A stretch of DNA of 64,000 bases from the NCBI GenBank assembly GCA_002633005.1, contig NMRA01000106.1:291655-355654 (forward strand). The letters run 5' to 3'. The translations under genes were made by a program, and so were the position numbers. Source of the stretch: Phoronis australis (Eukaryota; Animalia; Phoronida). The notes below the pieces were generated by a model. It was not told where the DNA came from. It did not search any database and saw nothing but the letters and a program-made list of their open reading frames with translations. Shown in pieces: positions 39,491-51,668 of the stretch. Every line of letters starts with the position of its first letter. Positions within the stretch are counted from its first letter, which is position 1.

Positions 39491-39710
39491 ATCACGTGAC
39501 GCGGTTTATTGCTCACGATCAAAACCTTCAAAGCCAAACCCCATGTATCTGAAGGCTCCAAGCACGTCGAACCCGCGTAGGCAGAAGAACTTCCTATTAC
39601 TGAATCATGGGACATCAAAACGGATACGTCAACGCTATTTCAAATTTCCACCTCGTTTCCAGATCTTTCTAACTTAATCACTTTACGTCAGCACTCGACA
39701 GCATAAATAG
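39491..39710 (+). promoter_or_regulatory. Putative promoter of the Cys-framed secreted protein gene
   Basis: E-box TCACGTGAC (39492-39500), CRE-like TTACGTCA (39683-39690) and TATA-like CATAAATAG (39702-39710), ~190 bp upstream of the ATG. Confidence 0.4.
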
Positions 39711-39900
39711 ACGGTAGACGCATATATCGGGCAGACACCATTCACAGACGTCTGGTAGACATCGGAACCATTCGGCAGATATCGGAACCTTGTCTGGTAC
39801 CGCTTTTGTTTACGTGAACGACCAAACGAGAAGCGAGGTTCTTATATTGAGAAGAACTGAACTGGATTTCACCAAACGAGTGACCGGACACTGAATTGAA

Positions 39901-40020
39901 ATGACTTTCACTGGTGAAGTTTTTATACTTTGTGTTTTAGTTGCAAGTGCCTTATGTGTCAGCCCACCACACTATGAGCATAAGATGGTAGCAGAATTGT
40001 TCGACCACCCGCTGTCTATG
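39901..40020 (+). CDS. Cys-framed GxPG-rich secreted protein, exon 1 (signal peptide)
   Basis: MTFTGEVFILCVLVASALC-VSPPHYEH...PLSM, then ATG|gtgagt (phase 0). Confidence 0.8.
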
Positions 40021-41556
40021 GTGAGTTTTTTACTCATTCTTATCCGACGAAAATGTAGACGCAAAAATATTAAGAATTTAGCAAATATTCGAATTCTATG
40101 TCATTTATGTTCAGATAAATGGATGGGTGTGATGGTCGTAAGAATTGTGTGTTGAGATTTTGTCATGAGTTACAGAAACTTCAGAGCAATTAAAAAAAAG
40201 TCACATTATGTTTCTACGCCGTATGTCTTGCAAGTTTGTAGCGAAAACGTATTTTGTCGAAATAATAGTTTTAGTGTAGGTGTTGCCTAAACCGTCTGCA
40301 GATGACTGGAGCCCTGATCTCCAGGGTATTGCCAAAAACAACTACTGACCTGGGAACAGTGAATATTTTAACTGACCGAAGAGGTCGATTGTAATGTCCT
40401 GAGTTAGATAAAAAATATCTTAGAGAGCAACTGAATTAATTACGGCACAGTAGTGAAGTTTGAATTATTCGATATATCACGGCTTTCATTGCTAAACTTT
40501 TAAAAACTTGTTTGAGGTGAAAACACAATGAGTGCAGCTAAATTGTTCCATCGATCACAAGCTGCTTAGTGGCTGGCTACAAAGATGTCGACAGAAATGT
40601 TTTAAAATTAGGTGTTTCGCTTAGTACATCCGACCACCCACTCGGGATTCCTGGTAAGACGTGAACATGGTAACGTGTAGAGTTTTGTATTTCCTTGTGT
40701 AAGTACAGTGTATATGACAAAGTAACACTGAAGCGGCTTACGTGTAGAGGGAAGTAAAGACCGCTCTCTTCAACGCTAAATCTCACTCACATTCCTTGAA
40801 ATGAAAAGTAATCAAAGGAATTCCACCGTGCCGCGTGCTTTATTGATGAAATAGTCTAATTAGGTCAAACTCGTACCCCTAGACAGGTTGCTTCCGTCAA
40901 TCCCTTAACTTAACTACTTAACTAATCCCTTCTGGCAAGTCTCCCTGTCAGGAATAATAAGGCTGGTGTTTCCAATTCAGAATCGGCAAGTTGCTAGAGA
41001 AAATATTACCAGTTGGGGATTTGCGGTATCAAACGACACCGGAATGTTTAAAATTCCAATTTTGTACGGCTTTGCTTTCTCGAGGATGAATGTGTGCCAA
41101 ATGAGGTGGCCATTTTGCACACCCAGTAGTTCTATAAGTGTAATATATTAAATTCTTTTTATTTTCGCAATATCTTTAGTAAAATTGAGAGGATATCATC
41201 TGGGAACCGGGTTTGAAGAATTTTTTTTAAAATTTTTAAATGCATGATACACGTTGTACCAGACGTGCGCAGACCTTGCATGTGGGCCCATTGCGCTGAT
41301 CACCTGGAAATATTTTTATGCTTTAGTAATATTTCGTTAAAACCGAGCTGAGGAGCTAGAAACCTGGCTCAAGGGTTTAGCAGTGTGACCTGGTGGAAGA
41401 AGAAGAATTAGGTTTGCTATGAAATTCGTTTTAAGTAGCTTTTAACTGAAACGAAGCAGGTGACACATCTTTGAGAATGATTAAAGTTCACATTAAACAA
41501 AGGCTTGAATAGTGCAATTCTTTGAAAGTAAACACCCACACTCTCCTTACTTTCAG

Positions 41557-42222
41557 TGTGAAAGATGTGACTTGAGCAAAAGGTTTTGTATTAGAGACTG
41601 CTACACGCCAATCGGACCCCCTGGCACAAAGTTCGAGGGACCTGCTCCGCTAGAACTTGACGACTTTGTTGAATCGTCCGGCTCGGAGACAAATTCTGAT
41701 GAGACAGGGAACGGCCACATTGAGCTTGAATCAGGGATGCCAGTAGGGCCCCCTGGATCCGCCAGTCACGAAGACGGCCGCCAGCCGTTTGGCAGCAAAC
41801 GTGATGAAGTGGCGTTCGGTAGCGGCCCCCCGAGTTTCTTATCACACGGCCCCCCAGGAACATACAGCGTGGCACGCATCCCTGGCGCCCCAGGTATTAG
41901 TACTAATGCTCACACTGGAAACCGTAGGATGTCTCGGTCGGCACGTCTTGGTCATTTCATGAGGCACCGCACGAGTCCTGTAGGAGCACCAATGGGTCCT
42001 GCTTCAGGTGCGAATAGAGCCGCTGCAGGTCCTCCCGGTAGTATGAGAAGTGGAAATTTACCTGTCGGACGACCGGGCAGCAGGCCAGTCGGAGCCCCTG
42101 GCCAAATATGGCAGCCGTTGTCCATGTTGATGACTGGCCAAAGGTGTGCAGCTGATTGTATGCTTAGAAACTCTCAGTGTAAAAGAGTACACTGCCGGAG
42201 AACGGATGTGCCCTGGAGATGA
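41557..42222 (+). CDS. Cys-framed GxPG-rich secreted protein, exon 2 (261 aa in total)
   Basis: Acceptor ctctccttactttcag| in phase 0; GC-rich frame of 221 codons plus stop: CERCDLSKRFCIRDC, repeated P(V/I)GxPG motifs, CAADCMLRNSQCKRVHC, stop. Confidence 0.85.
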   Translation, partial: CERCDLSKRFCIRDCYTPIGPPGTKFEGPAPLELDDFVESSGSETNSDETGNGHIELESGMPVGPPGSASHEDGRQPFGSKRDEVAFGSGPPSFLSHGPPGTYSVARIPGAPGISTNAHTGNRRMSRSARLGHFMRHRTSPVGAPMGPASGANRAAAGPPGSMRSGNLPVGRPGSRPVGAPGQIWQPLSMLMTGQRCAADCMLRNSQCKRVHCRRTDVPWR

Positions 42223-44583
42223 TGTAAACGCTCATAGTTGAAGCTGCAGTTCGCCCTGCTTAGCAGGCTTAAAACAAAAATCCAAATGAGTATTTCACTG
42301 TCACAAAATCGGACTCATAATATTCCTCATCGCAGTAGGATTGGCTCCGTTTCCAACAAGTATATCGAAACCACCAGTGACTCGAAAAACCGCTTCAGAG
42401 CTTATTGGGCTTGGCCAACCCCAAAATTGTGGATTCGAAAGTCGCTCATGTACGCATTGCGTGTAACTTGAGCTGGTGGCTCATCCAATCATGGATTACA
42501 GTTGTAACGTTTTCCAACTCGAAACTTAAATGAGTGAAGTGCAGCTTCAATTTGGAATATTGTTGTAAATGTTAATCTCTGTTGTATTTCGAATTTGTTG
42601 ATGTTTATATTGTAGACGAGTAGTTTCCATTTCCGAAAAATGAAATGGAAATCGATAAAACTAACTTAAAGCTACATTGCGTTTCAGTGTAAACCGTGGC
42701 GCACGTGCGCTAATTAATTACAAAACTCATATGTGCGACATTCTCTCGTGTTGTCGGTATCAGTTGATTTACTACTGTCAATTTGTTTACACTGTTTTCA
42801 GGTCGTTGACATCTAATTAGAAATTTCGCAACCGACTGTTATATTACCCGTGAAAACTAACGAGCAAGTAAAACGAGAAGTAATCTTCATTTCGCCGTCC
42901 ACTCAGCACTTCATAGCACTTGTCAGCTTGTTAAACGTCATTACATTTTACATTTCTCAAGGCGCAATTGGCTCGAGAACTTACGTTGCAGTCTTCGTTT
43001 GTTATTAACTCTGCGAATCACAAAGTTGCATCAAAAACGATCCCACCAACCGAATATCAAATTGTGAATCGCTAACATTTTTAAGTTTGGCCTCCACGCC
43101 GCCTGTTGGCAGACAGAATCTTAAATTATTAAAAAACATTTTGTTATCTCTATTTCCACGCCGCTAAAAGATTTACACATTTATATTACATGTAAATTGT
43201 TAAATCACATACGAAGACAAAATTCAACTACCCTAAACAATCTTCTCGCGTAACCAATTTTAGAACTGGGTAACCTAAAATGAATATTTTATTAGTAGAT
43301 CGAGTTATATTGAGAACTGCCTTGAGTATTTCTTCTTTTACGTACTGTGATATTCTAGTGTGTATATAGTTTTCATGTTGGAGAAAAATGTTATGTACGT
43401 GGTTAAACCGAAATATTCTAAATCAAAACAGATGCATGGCATGTGGTTAGAAAACGTTGAAGTACATGTAATTAGGTTAGTATGTCTGCGGTCGATAATT
43501 ACTGAAGTGTTCAATTTACATTGTTGTATTACATGTGTACTTTAAGTCAAAATGTTAACAGCACCCATTCCTTGATTAAATTTGTTTTGCAACTGATGTA
43601 AAACGCGTTTTATCAATCCTTACCTGGTGAATACAATGCATAGCTGAAGAGCGCGAAGGGTAGAAACATTGTCACCAACTGAAATCACTTGGACACAGCA
43701 TTCAGAGCATATGCCAGTTTTACTTTACTCTGTCGACTGAAGGATCTCACAACTTTATACATCCCGTAGAGGTGATTCTTCACTTTATACTATTACTAGT
43801 CCTACTGGCTGAACTAAACGGAAAACAAAGAGGGCTATTGACCATTCCAATCATGCCCTGTGAAAATATGTCAAACTCCCTGATTTGTCACAACCACAGG
43901 AACACATCATCGCAGTGTCCGTGTATACTCAAACACATGCCACGCCGTTTGCAAAACTAACGTGGGCGAGACTGTCAAACCAAATGCCAACGTTGATGAT
44001 GGCCCGCCCGCGTCTCTTTAAGATTCCCGCACGCACACGCCAAGCTGACCCTGAACACGTGTTTGAAATAGTGAGGGTGGTTTATCAGACATCTGATTGC
44101 ATGCGACGTCTGCCAGTTTTGAGACGCTGGACAAGTCGGTTAAAAAATCAACGTTCTGTTGCATATTGGGGGCTCAGAACGGCTTCGCGACTTTGAACTC
44201 CGCAGTGTCGAACCTGAATGGTATTTTGCACATGATGACACAAATTTACCTGTTACTTAACTGTGCATTATTCGAGACTCAAAAACCATATCTATTTTAC
44301 GAGATATATGTTTATTATAAACACTTTTCAGCTACAACTAATGTAAAACGCATTAGGTGCCACATGAATAACCAATATAAATACACGACTAAAAATATGT
44401 AATGTATTTGACGTGGCATCATGATGCACATCTACATTATCTTCAATAAACAGGCCAAAAGGCATCGTTAGCAATAAACAGCAACGATCCAATATCACGT
44501 GAAGACATTTATAAAATATAGTGAAAATATCTAGCTTCAAAATATCAAAAAGTATTAAATGAAAGAGGCACTTCTGACCAATG

Positions 44584-44595
44584 TCACCAGTCTTC
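44584..44595 (-). CDS. TSP1-LamG-Ig receptor, putative terminal coding exon (EDW*)
   Basis: Strong acceptor ttctttttttattttctag| followed by GAA GAC TGG TGA; an alternative frame gives RRLVTLVRSASFI*. Confidence 0.55.
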   Translation of the reverse strand, partial: EDW

Positions 44596-44989
44596 CTAGA
44601 AAATAAAAAAAGAAATCGTTTACTGGGATGTATGCTTCTTCATAGTAATGATGACACAAAAGGACATAGCGTAAAATCGTAGAGCAGTTTTTTTCTTGGT
44701 GTTTATTACATTAGATTTACATGTAAGTGCTAGAAACGATGTAAGCCCAAGAAGCATCGAACAGCTGATTGATGCCAGGTGTAAGTTTCAAGACTCAATA
44801 ACAATGACCACCACAATGATTCAAATAAACCCATTGAAGTAGAGTCAAAAGAAAAGAACAATTAAATTAGTTATAATGACCATATGACACTGATAATGAC
44901 GCATTGAAAACGAAACGAGACTAAACACACGAGACACGGTTATCGTCTCAAATTGATGCACATGCAAAATGAGATTGATAATTTAAACT

Positions 44990-45093
44990 GAAACCACCAG
45001 GTGGAACCACCACGTGAAACCACCAGGTGAAACCACCAGGTGGAACCACCACGTGAAACCACCAGGTGAAACCAGCCGGTGAAACCACCAGGT
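44990..45093. repeat. 13-bp minisatellite (gaaaccaccaggt / ggaaccaccacgt) x 8
   Basis: Eight consecutive 13-mers lying just inside the last intron of the minus-strand receptor gene. Confidence 0.95.
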
Positions 45094-45106
45094 GAAGCAT
45101 ACTTGC

Positions 45107-45146
45107 CTCTAAAAGCAGATCTGCTTCGTATTCATCTTCTGGTCGT
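45107..45146 (-). CDS. TSP1-LamG-Ig receptor exon (acidic cytoplasmic tail)
   Basis: Acceptor tttactttccgcag| in phase 2; KRPEDEYEADLLLE; donor AG|gcaagt (GC type) or A|gtatgc four bases further on. Confidence 0.7.
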
Positions 45147-45680
45147 CTGCGGAAAGTAAAGTAGATGTCGTATTATTTCACAAAACACAGGCCAGAAGGC
45201 AAAACTACTGCAAAGGATCTTTACAAAAAAACAGAAATCAAATTAAATTAACTTACTGGGGATCTTGAAATATTAGTTCAGCCTTTGGACCATAGACGAT
45301 TTCTCTTACTCTGAAAATAGCGATATAAAGACAATGGTAAATGCAATCAATCCCATGCAAAAGATGAGAATGTCACCAGAAATCGGTATGTTAAGGTATA
45401 TATCCCTTGAGATTGGTAGATGAAATAAGCTGCAAATCCCGAAAAAAGATGGGCCAAAATAGATATATACACGACGCTTTTGCTTAATCGAATATGGAGA
45501 AATCACGAAGCCACTGGGTAAGACCCAAAGGAAAGCATTGTTGAACCAGGTCCGAACTTAGAGACTCACTTTGAAATTTACACTGTACTTTAAAAACATT
45601 ACGTTTGATCGATTTGGGTACAATAAAACGTATTATAAGACACCACTGCAATACCAGAACCAGTCCTGCTTCCTCTATAT

Positions 45681-45818
45681 GCCGTAAACTCGCAGGTTAA
45701 CGCCCTGGGTGCTTAAATTGGGAAACCCAAGCAGTGGGCGCCTAAAGCGAAAAATTGACAAAAAAGTCGGGAATGGGCGATTACCCGGGCACGGGCGTTA
45801 ACCCACGAGTTTACGGTA
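45681..45818. mobile_element. ~140 bp MITE with ~24-bp TIRs
   Basis: ccgtaaactcgcaggttaacgccc / gggcgttaacccacgagtttacgg. Confidence 0.75.
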
Positions 45819-46022
45819 ATATGGACAGTAAAGGAGAGGATGAGCATTAAGGGAAATAGTGTGAACCGATAATGATACAATTTGACAAACATGTAATCTA
45901 TACATGTAAGCTACTCTGTGACCGTAATCCGTGCATATGGTACAGAGCAGTCACAGAAGCCCTGTCCAAATAATGGCTGGCGTTCGAAAGCTTATTCACC
46001 GATGAAACGTAGATCGACTCAC

Positions 46023-46152
46023 TTGTCTCTAAATCTACAAATGTTCTTAGCGTAGAGTACTGTAGCTAGGACGAACAACTTGAGAAGAGCTAAGGCGACG
46101 ATGCAGAAAGCAATCAAGAAAGTCTCGGCTGTCGCCACATCCGTTTGAGTCA
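46023..46152 (-). CDS. TSP1-LamG-Ig receptor exon (transmembrane helix)
   Basis: Acceptor tgtattttag| in phase 1; VTQTDVATAETFLIAFCIVALALLKLFVLATVLYAKNICRFRD; donor |gtgagt in phase 2. Confidence 0.8.
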
Positions 46153-46223
46153 CTAAAATACAAACGGAGACGCCACGTTCACGAAGCAAAAATATCATTT
46201 CGACGGATAACGCCATTCCCTAT

Positions 46224-46401
46224 AAATCAACATTTCAAAAACAAGAAAAAACAGAGTTATTTAAATCGTAATTGAAGTCAGTCGTGTTTACTCAATAAAC
46301 AGAAATTAAATCACCATTTCAAAAACAAGAAAAAATACAGGAGACATGTAAATCGTAATTGAAGCCAGTTCAGTCGTATTTACTTGTAAACAGAAATTAA
46401 A
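46224..46401. repeat. Tandem duplication of a ~85-90 bp unit; separate 25-bp duplication at 46843-46892
   Basis: catttcaaaaacaagaaaaa...aaatcgtaattgaag...aaacagaaattaaa occurs twice; tttgaagccagtacggaaataata occurs twice. Confidence 0.85.
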
Positions 46402-46525
46402 CATAGTTGAACGCATTCCGGTCCGACTTTATCATACTTATTACACCCTACTGTAGTTGTATAGTGTCGGACCATTTTGCGGGCGGTAATATTGCTTTGG
46501 AAACAAACTTAATAGAAATGTTTAC

Positions 46526-46673
46526 CCTCTCCCCTGCCAGTGTACGTTACTCCATAAGCATTCACTAGAGTGTAATGACCGTCGTGGTAGACCATGCACG
46601 CGTAGAAACCCTCGTTATGATCGTTATTGGACGGCTTCAGAAAGAGTACGTTACCAAAGTCTCGACCTGGTTC
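46526..46673 (-). CDS. TSP1-LamG-Ig receptor exon (Ig domain, C-terminal half)
   Basis: VLFLKPSNNDHNEGFYACMV contains the Ig GxYxC motif; phase 0-1. Confidence 0.85.
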
Positions 46674-47938
46674 CTGAAAGAAACCATTTAGCAAAGCGGC
46701 AAAATTACTACATTAAAGCTTTTAAGACCGATTTAGTCATCAGTTTCACACCCAGCAGTGTCCCCGTCACCACTGCGTAATCTCCAAAACTTCAGGTGCC
46801 CAGTACTGCATCCCGCAGTACTTAAGTGCTGCGGACAGAAGGTTTTGAAGCCAGTACGGAAATAATAGTTTGAAGCCAGTACGGAAATAATATTTGGCAG
46901 TGTGTATTCACGGCGTTAAACGACTGAGATTTCTACGGAAGTAAGAGCAGAATAGCTGGCAGCGAGTCAGAAGATGGGTGACAACTAGAGGGATTACACT
47001 ACAGTTAGCAGCCCTGTCACTATAAATCAGGGCTGGGCTGCATAAAACTTCAAAATTATCCGCTGGATAAGTTTGATTGTTGTATGACGTCAGGTTGTTC
47101 AATTAATAGCAATATGAGGCGGAATAATGCGACGTCTTTGTTGCTATACGGCGTATAACGTTTATGCAACTGGGCCCTGATTGCTACCGTCACCACCAAC
47201 AGACTTCGCTATTACACAATCACATCTATAATCAGTGTCAGCTCAATAATGGTCACCATAAATTCAACACAGTTGCCACTTATATCAATATCAATATCAA
47301 TACCAAGTTGCCACTTCATCAATATCAAGAACAGTAAAGGAACGTTTTCGTCAAGAAAAAAGTATTTTCTGAGATGGTCCTCAGCGCTAACTCGAATCTG
47401 CAACTCCAGCGGTCGAAATTTAATTCGCTCTGCCGATGGAACCAAACAGACAAATGGAGTGAGATTAATTTAAGCGTACTTAATTCGAAAAGTCATGGAC
47501 CTTAATATCAGTGAATGGCTGGCAAACATCGGCGGAGATTGTAATAAAATCACGGAAACGAAACAGTGTTCGTTGTTTTGTTACTCTGAACAATGTTAAT
47601 AAATCCAGGAAGACTATCTCATACAGGAAAAATGCGTAAATGTTAATCCGACAATGTCCCAGCAAATTACACCAGAACTTAAAAAGGAATTTTGAACCAC
47701 AATAAATAATTTAGCAGGGAGTAAAGTGAAGTCAATCAATACACGAGTAGGGAAAAACGATATGTACGTCACGGAACATTGCACGAGCCGAGTTTTAGTA
47801 GGACCGCATCGAAGTGGCCGTATTAACAACCTAAAATGTTAAAAAACAACAAACAACGGAAGGCCAACGTAGCAACTTTGTCTCAGCAAGTTTTTGTAGT
47901 TTTACACTAAGAATATGCCTGCCGAATGGTAAATTTAC

Positions 47939-48096
47939 CTTCTTTAACAATTGATATTTCTCGTCTATGATGAGGATGGCGTCAAACTTCAGCCACCTGA
48001 CTCGCGGTAGATACGAGCCGTTCTTCACGTAATGAGTGTAGTCGCAGATTAGCTTAACTAAATTGTCGGGCGTCTGTCGGATGATTCGGTAGTGAA
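47939..48096 (-). CDS. TSP1-LamG-Ig receptor exon (Ig domain, N-terminal half)
   Basis: VKLICDY...PRVRWLK supplies the Ig B-strand Cys and C-strand Trp; phase 1-0. Confidence 0.85.
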
Positions 48097-48537
48097 CTGT
48101 TAATGAAATGTGAAATACACGTCATAGAAAAGTACTGACCCCTATTGGAGAGACATCTCTGACTAAACTACAACTTCATTAGTAACCAAGCCACCACATA
48201 CAATAATCATAGATTATTTCCATACCGATTATTTGGGGCATCGGTAAGTAAAAACTGCAGTCAAAATCCCATGAATTTTAAGGTTGAACAATTTTTCAAA
48301 AATCGGGCCAATTCATTTAAATGGAAAGCATATTTTAGAGCATTGCCACTTTGTCAAAGTTACACAGAGCATTTAGTTAATAATATTTTCTATGTAGGCT
48401 GTAAGCAGGGAAGGTATGGCTCCATGACTTACACGCCAACGTTAAACTTTTTCAAAGAAACATTACAGTTACTTCAATACAAACATAACTACAGCCGAGA
48501 ACTTGAACAAAGTCCTAGTACACGTCAACATCTAGGC

Positions 48538-50061
48538 TTAAAGGAGCATGCCACCCAAAAACAACCTAATTTGAATCAATTTAGATCGAGTAGTTCTACT
48601 CCATAACGACACGTACGGTTGCGTTACCTGACACCTGACGGCAGACGGAGGTGTTTAAATTATACAATGACGTCATCGGTTTCACACGCAGTCTGTTTGG
48701 CAGTTCACAACACGGGTTACTGGTGTCAGCTTATCGCTTGAAGTCATCGTTTAACACCAATAAATCATCAAACTTCGATGTAAAATCCTTAAAAATACAC
48801 GGAGTTCTTATAAAAACGTGTTGTTCTATTTCGCTCTTACGGATTTATTGGTATTTAGACACACCGTAGCCTACAAAGTTCGGCAGGCCAATAAGGTCCG
48901 TAGCAGGAGTTTGGGGTCTGTTCGGAGATAATTTCGAAGTATTTTCCTTGAAATACAGACATGGTAACCTAGATCTGTGTTGTTTAGACTTGTGATTTTT
49001 TTGAGTTCTGAACACAAAACGCTTGTTATCCTGGCCAGTGGCTCGAAGCCCGATAGTCCCGTCGCGGCCGGCCGGATTGACTCGTTATCCCGAATGGGCC
49101 AGTGGCTCGGAAACTGATCAGACATCACGAACATAAACCAGTCAAAGTTCAGTGGAAACTAAACTTCCAGTCAAAAAAATACTATACTAGTGAGCCAAAG
49201 TAATGTGCACGTGATTATGTTGGTGAATTACCACGAAACTGCAAATCTACTTACTCGTCGGGGGCCGCGAATTCAGGTTCCGCTTTGGCCACAGCACCGT
49301 GCAGGGCAGAAGTTGTGCATTGACTATCATTATTTGAGTAATGTAAATGTAAATAAAAATTCCCTTAACACCTGGCTGTGGGATGGAAATCGAGTTGTTT
49401 CACAACGGTTTCTGCCAGCAAACACTAAATTCAGCTGAGCTCACGCTGCCTCGGTGTCCCGTCAATTAGTTTTATTGCACCTAAAGCCGGTAACGCAGTG
49501 ATTTATTCGTTGCTGGCTTCTCAAATCATTTGCACTCACGAACACTCCAAAGGCATTACAAATTGCCTCTAATGAGACAGACTTTGTTTCAGTTTCAATA
49601 TTGGTTAGGAGAGAATAATTCATTTTGAAATAGAACGCTCAGTAATAAACGCCAACATGGCAACTCGCAATCCCGACTTAGGACGAGCTAGAGCTCATCA
49701 GTCCCGACTTCGCTGGTGGATTGTTAAGTTTTACAGGCTATCAATTCGAACAGGAAAACAGTGATGAAGAAATACTAGAGAGGCGCCGTGAAAAAGCTCA
49801 GACAATGGAACGTGTGGAGTTATTTGGTAAGCCGGCATTCGTCAGGCACTGTCGACGTCTGCAGGCCATGCAGACACGGAGATGTTTCACNTGCCTCCTA
49901 AAACGTCACTTCCGGAAAAGCGGACGAATAATTAATAAAATTACGAAAAGCTGTAATTAAGTGAAAAATATGTCTAGGATAACCAACCAACCTTATTTTA
50001 GCTCAAAATGACATGGAAAAAGGTTGCCTTCGCCTTTAAATCGGGTGGCATTCTCCTTTAA
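48538..50061. mobile_element. TTAA-flanked Kolobok-like non-autonomous transposon (~1.5 kb, intronic)
   Basis: ttaa-aggagcatgccaccc ... gggtggcattctcct-ttaa: 15-bp TIR with one mismatch, RR...YY ends and TTAA TSD. Internal ORF remnant GYQFEQENSDEEILERR...C..MQT..C..C at 49721-49960. Confidence 0.8.
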
Positions 50062-50520
50062 AAGGACCCACAAAACTGTCTCCTACAACATGCACCACAC
50101 AAAAGCGGTTGTGGCGTTCTAATTGTTATGAAATAAGAGTGCATTTCATATGACAAGGTCTTGCCAAGTTTCATCCGATCAAAGTACGAAGAATCTCATT
50201 TAGTTGTGTTGCTAGGCAGTTGCTGCAGTACCAACTAGGATTATCATTTATGACGTCATACAAATGATGAACTACAGTATCAGCTGAGGAAGGGATAAGA
50301 TAGGTGCACTTTGATTTACTTCAAAAATACTAAAGGCTGAGGCTGCCGTGTCTTGATTTCATCGCTAGAAAGCAACCGGGGTGCCGCGAGGAAAATTTCG
50401 TAAAGGTCACGACTGAAATTTTCGGTTTTTCGTGAAAATGACATCGGAGAACAAGAAACGCATGTACTTAAAGGAGTACTTCTTTTCGAGAAAACCAAAT
50501 AGCAGACCGCCATTACTTAC

Positions 50521-50821
50521 CCGACTGCGTAGAACCGAAACCGTTAAGCAAATTGCCTGTCTTAATAATAGTTCTTCGTCTAAAGTCGAATTCGACGTCA
50601 TTGACGTAGACGGAGTGAATAATGCCCACAAATCCTTGTTGACAGTTGGTGGTCATGGAAAAGATTGCCCAGTCGTGCTCCTCTCCGCCGGCAACGTAAA
50701 GCGTATGGCGAGGTTTGTACCCTTGCCCAAACAAAGTAATTTGCGCAGCCGCGTCACCGTCTATGCGCATGGTGGCGCTGCGGTCTTCTACCTCCACACT
50801 TATGAGGTACCACCTCTTTAG
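50521..50821 (-). CDS. TSP1-LamG-Ig receptor exon (LamG-2, C-terminal half)
   Basis: RWYLISVEVEDRSATMRIDG...LYVAG...GFVGIIHSVYVND matches the laminin G pattern; phase 0-1; donor G|gtaagt. Confidence 0.88.
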
Positions 50822-51429
50822 CTGAAACGTAATACAGAAATTATGGTAAAATCACAGCAGATGTTTGTCTCTCTTCTTTTGCTGTAACTACACATGGGTA
50901 ACGTGCACGAAGTTCTTAATACCTCATACAAGTTTCCATGCAAACCAGTCCAACATGACGGTTTTTCTAACGTACCGACTATATTTGGAAGAAGAAGGTC
51001 ATGAAAAGAAGCTATCAACGGCATACATAAAGTTTCCTCACCGGTGAAAGTGTAATTATACTCGGACAGCTGTAGGAAACGTACTCGAGAAGGTAATTAC
51101 ATCGTTGTTTCCATGAACAGGACATCAGTTTATGGAAGACTAGAGGGCGGCCAAATGAATTGCTCTTACAATGCAGCTACTATGGACAAAAGTAACGGTT
51201 GCTTTACGAAGAAGCCGAATATAATACAATACCTGTGTCTCACGTTTTAGGAACCACTTTTATCCGATGAAAAGAATCTGGGACTGTTGTAAGTAAATGT
51301 AATTGTTGCCCCAAATCCTTCCTTTAAGATACTGATTCTAACTGACATTCTGGGCTTTTAAACTTGTACCCCGGCGATGCATGTGTTTAGGAGTGAGTAA
51401 GAATCCTCCGAGCACGTGTCGCTACTTAC

Positions 51430-51668
51430 CTGAACGACCAAGCTGCTTGTGCATTTTGATGAGGACTGTCCCAAAGACATGCAAAGGACATAGGCGTCGC
51501 CTTCCAATTTGAGGTATATGAATGATCCGGGATACTTGCCCTTGTTAAAAAAGAGTAAACCTTCGAGAATGAAAGGGTAGACCGTCATCTTGATCTGCAG
51601 ACCGCAGGAGGGCATCGACAAGTAGGTGAAATCATTTCCTTGGAAAGCCGGGTAAAGAGCCTCAAGGG
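51430..51668 (-). CDS. TSP1-LamG-Ig receptor exon (LamG-2, N-terminal half)
   Basis: PAFQGNDFTYLSM...EGLLFFN...SFIYLKLEG; phase 1-0; donor CAG|gtaagt. Confidence 0.88.

Noticed and set aside
41602-42110. Collagen call for the GPPG-containing protein
   Set aside because: There is no continuous Gly-X-Y run; the motifs are isolated.
50320-50412. Candidate extra exon of the TSP1-LamG-Ig gene
   Set aside because: In the required phase 1 it contains TAG; exon 50521-50821 joins exon 47939-48096 in frame without it.
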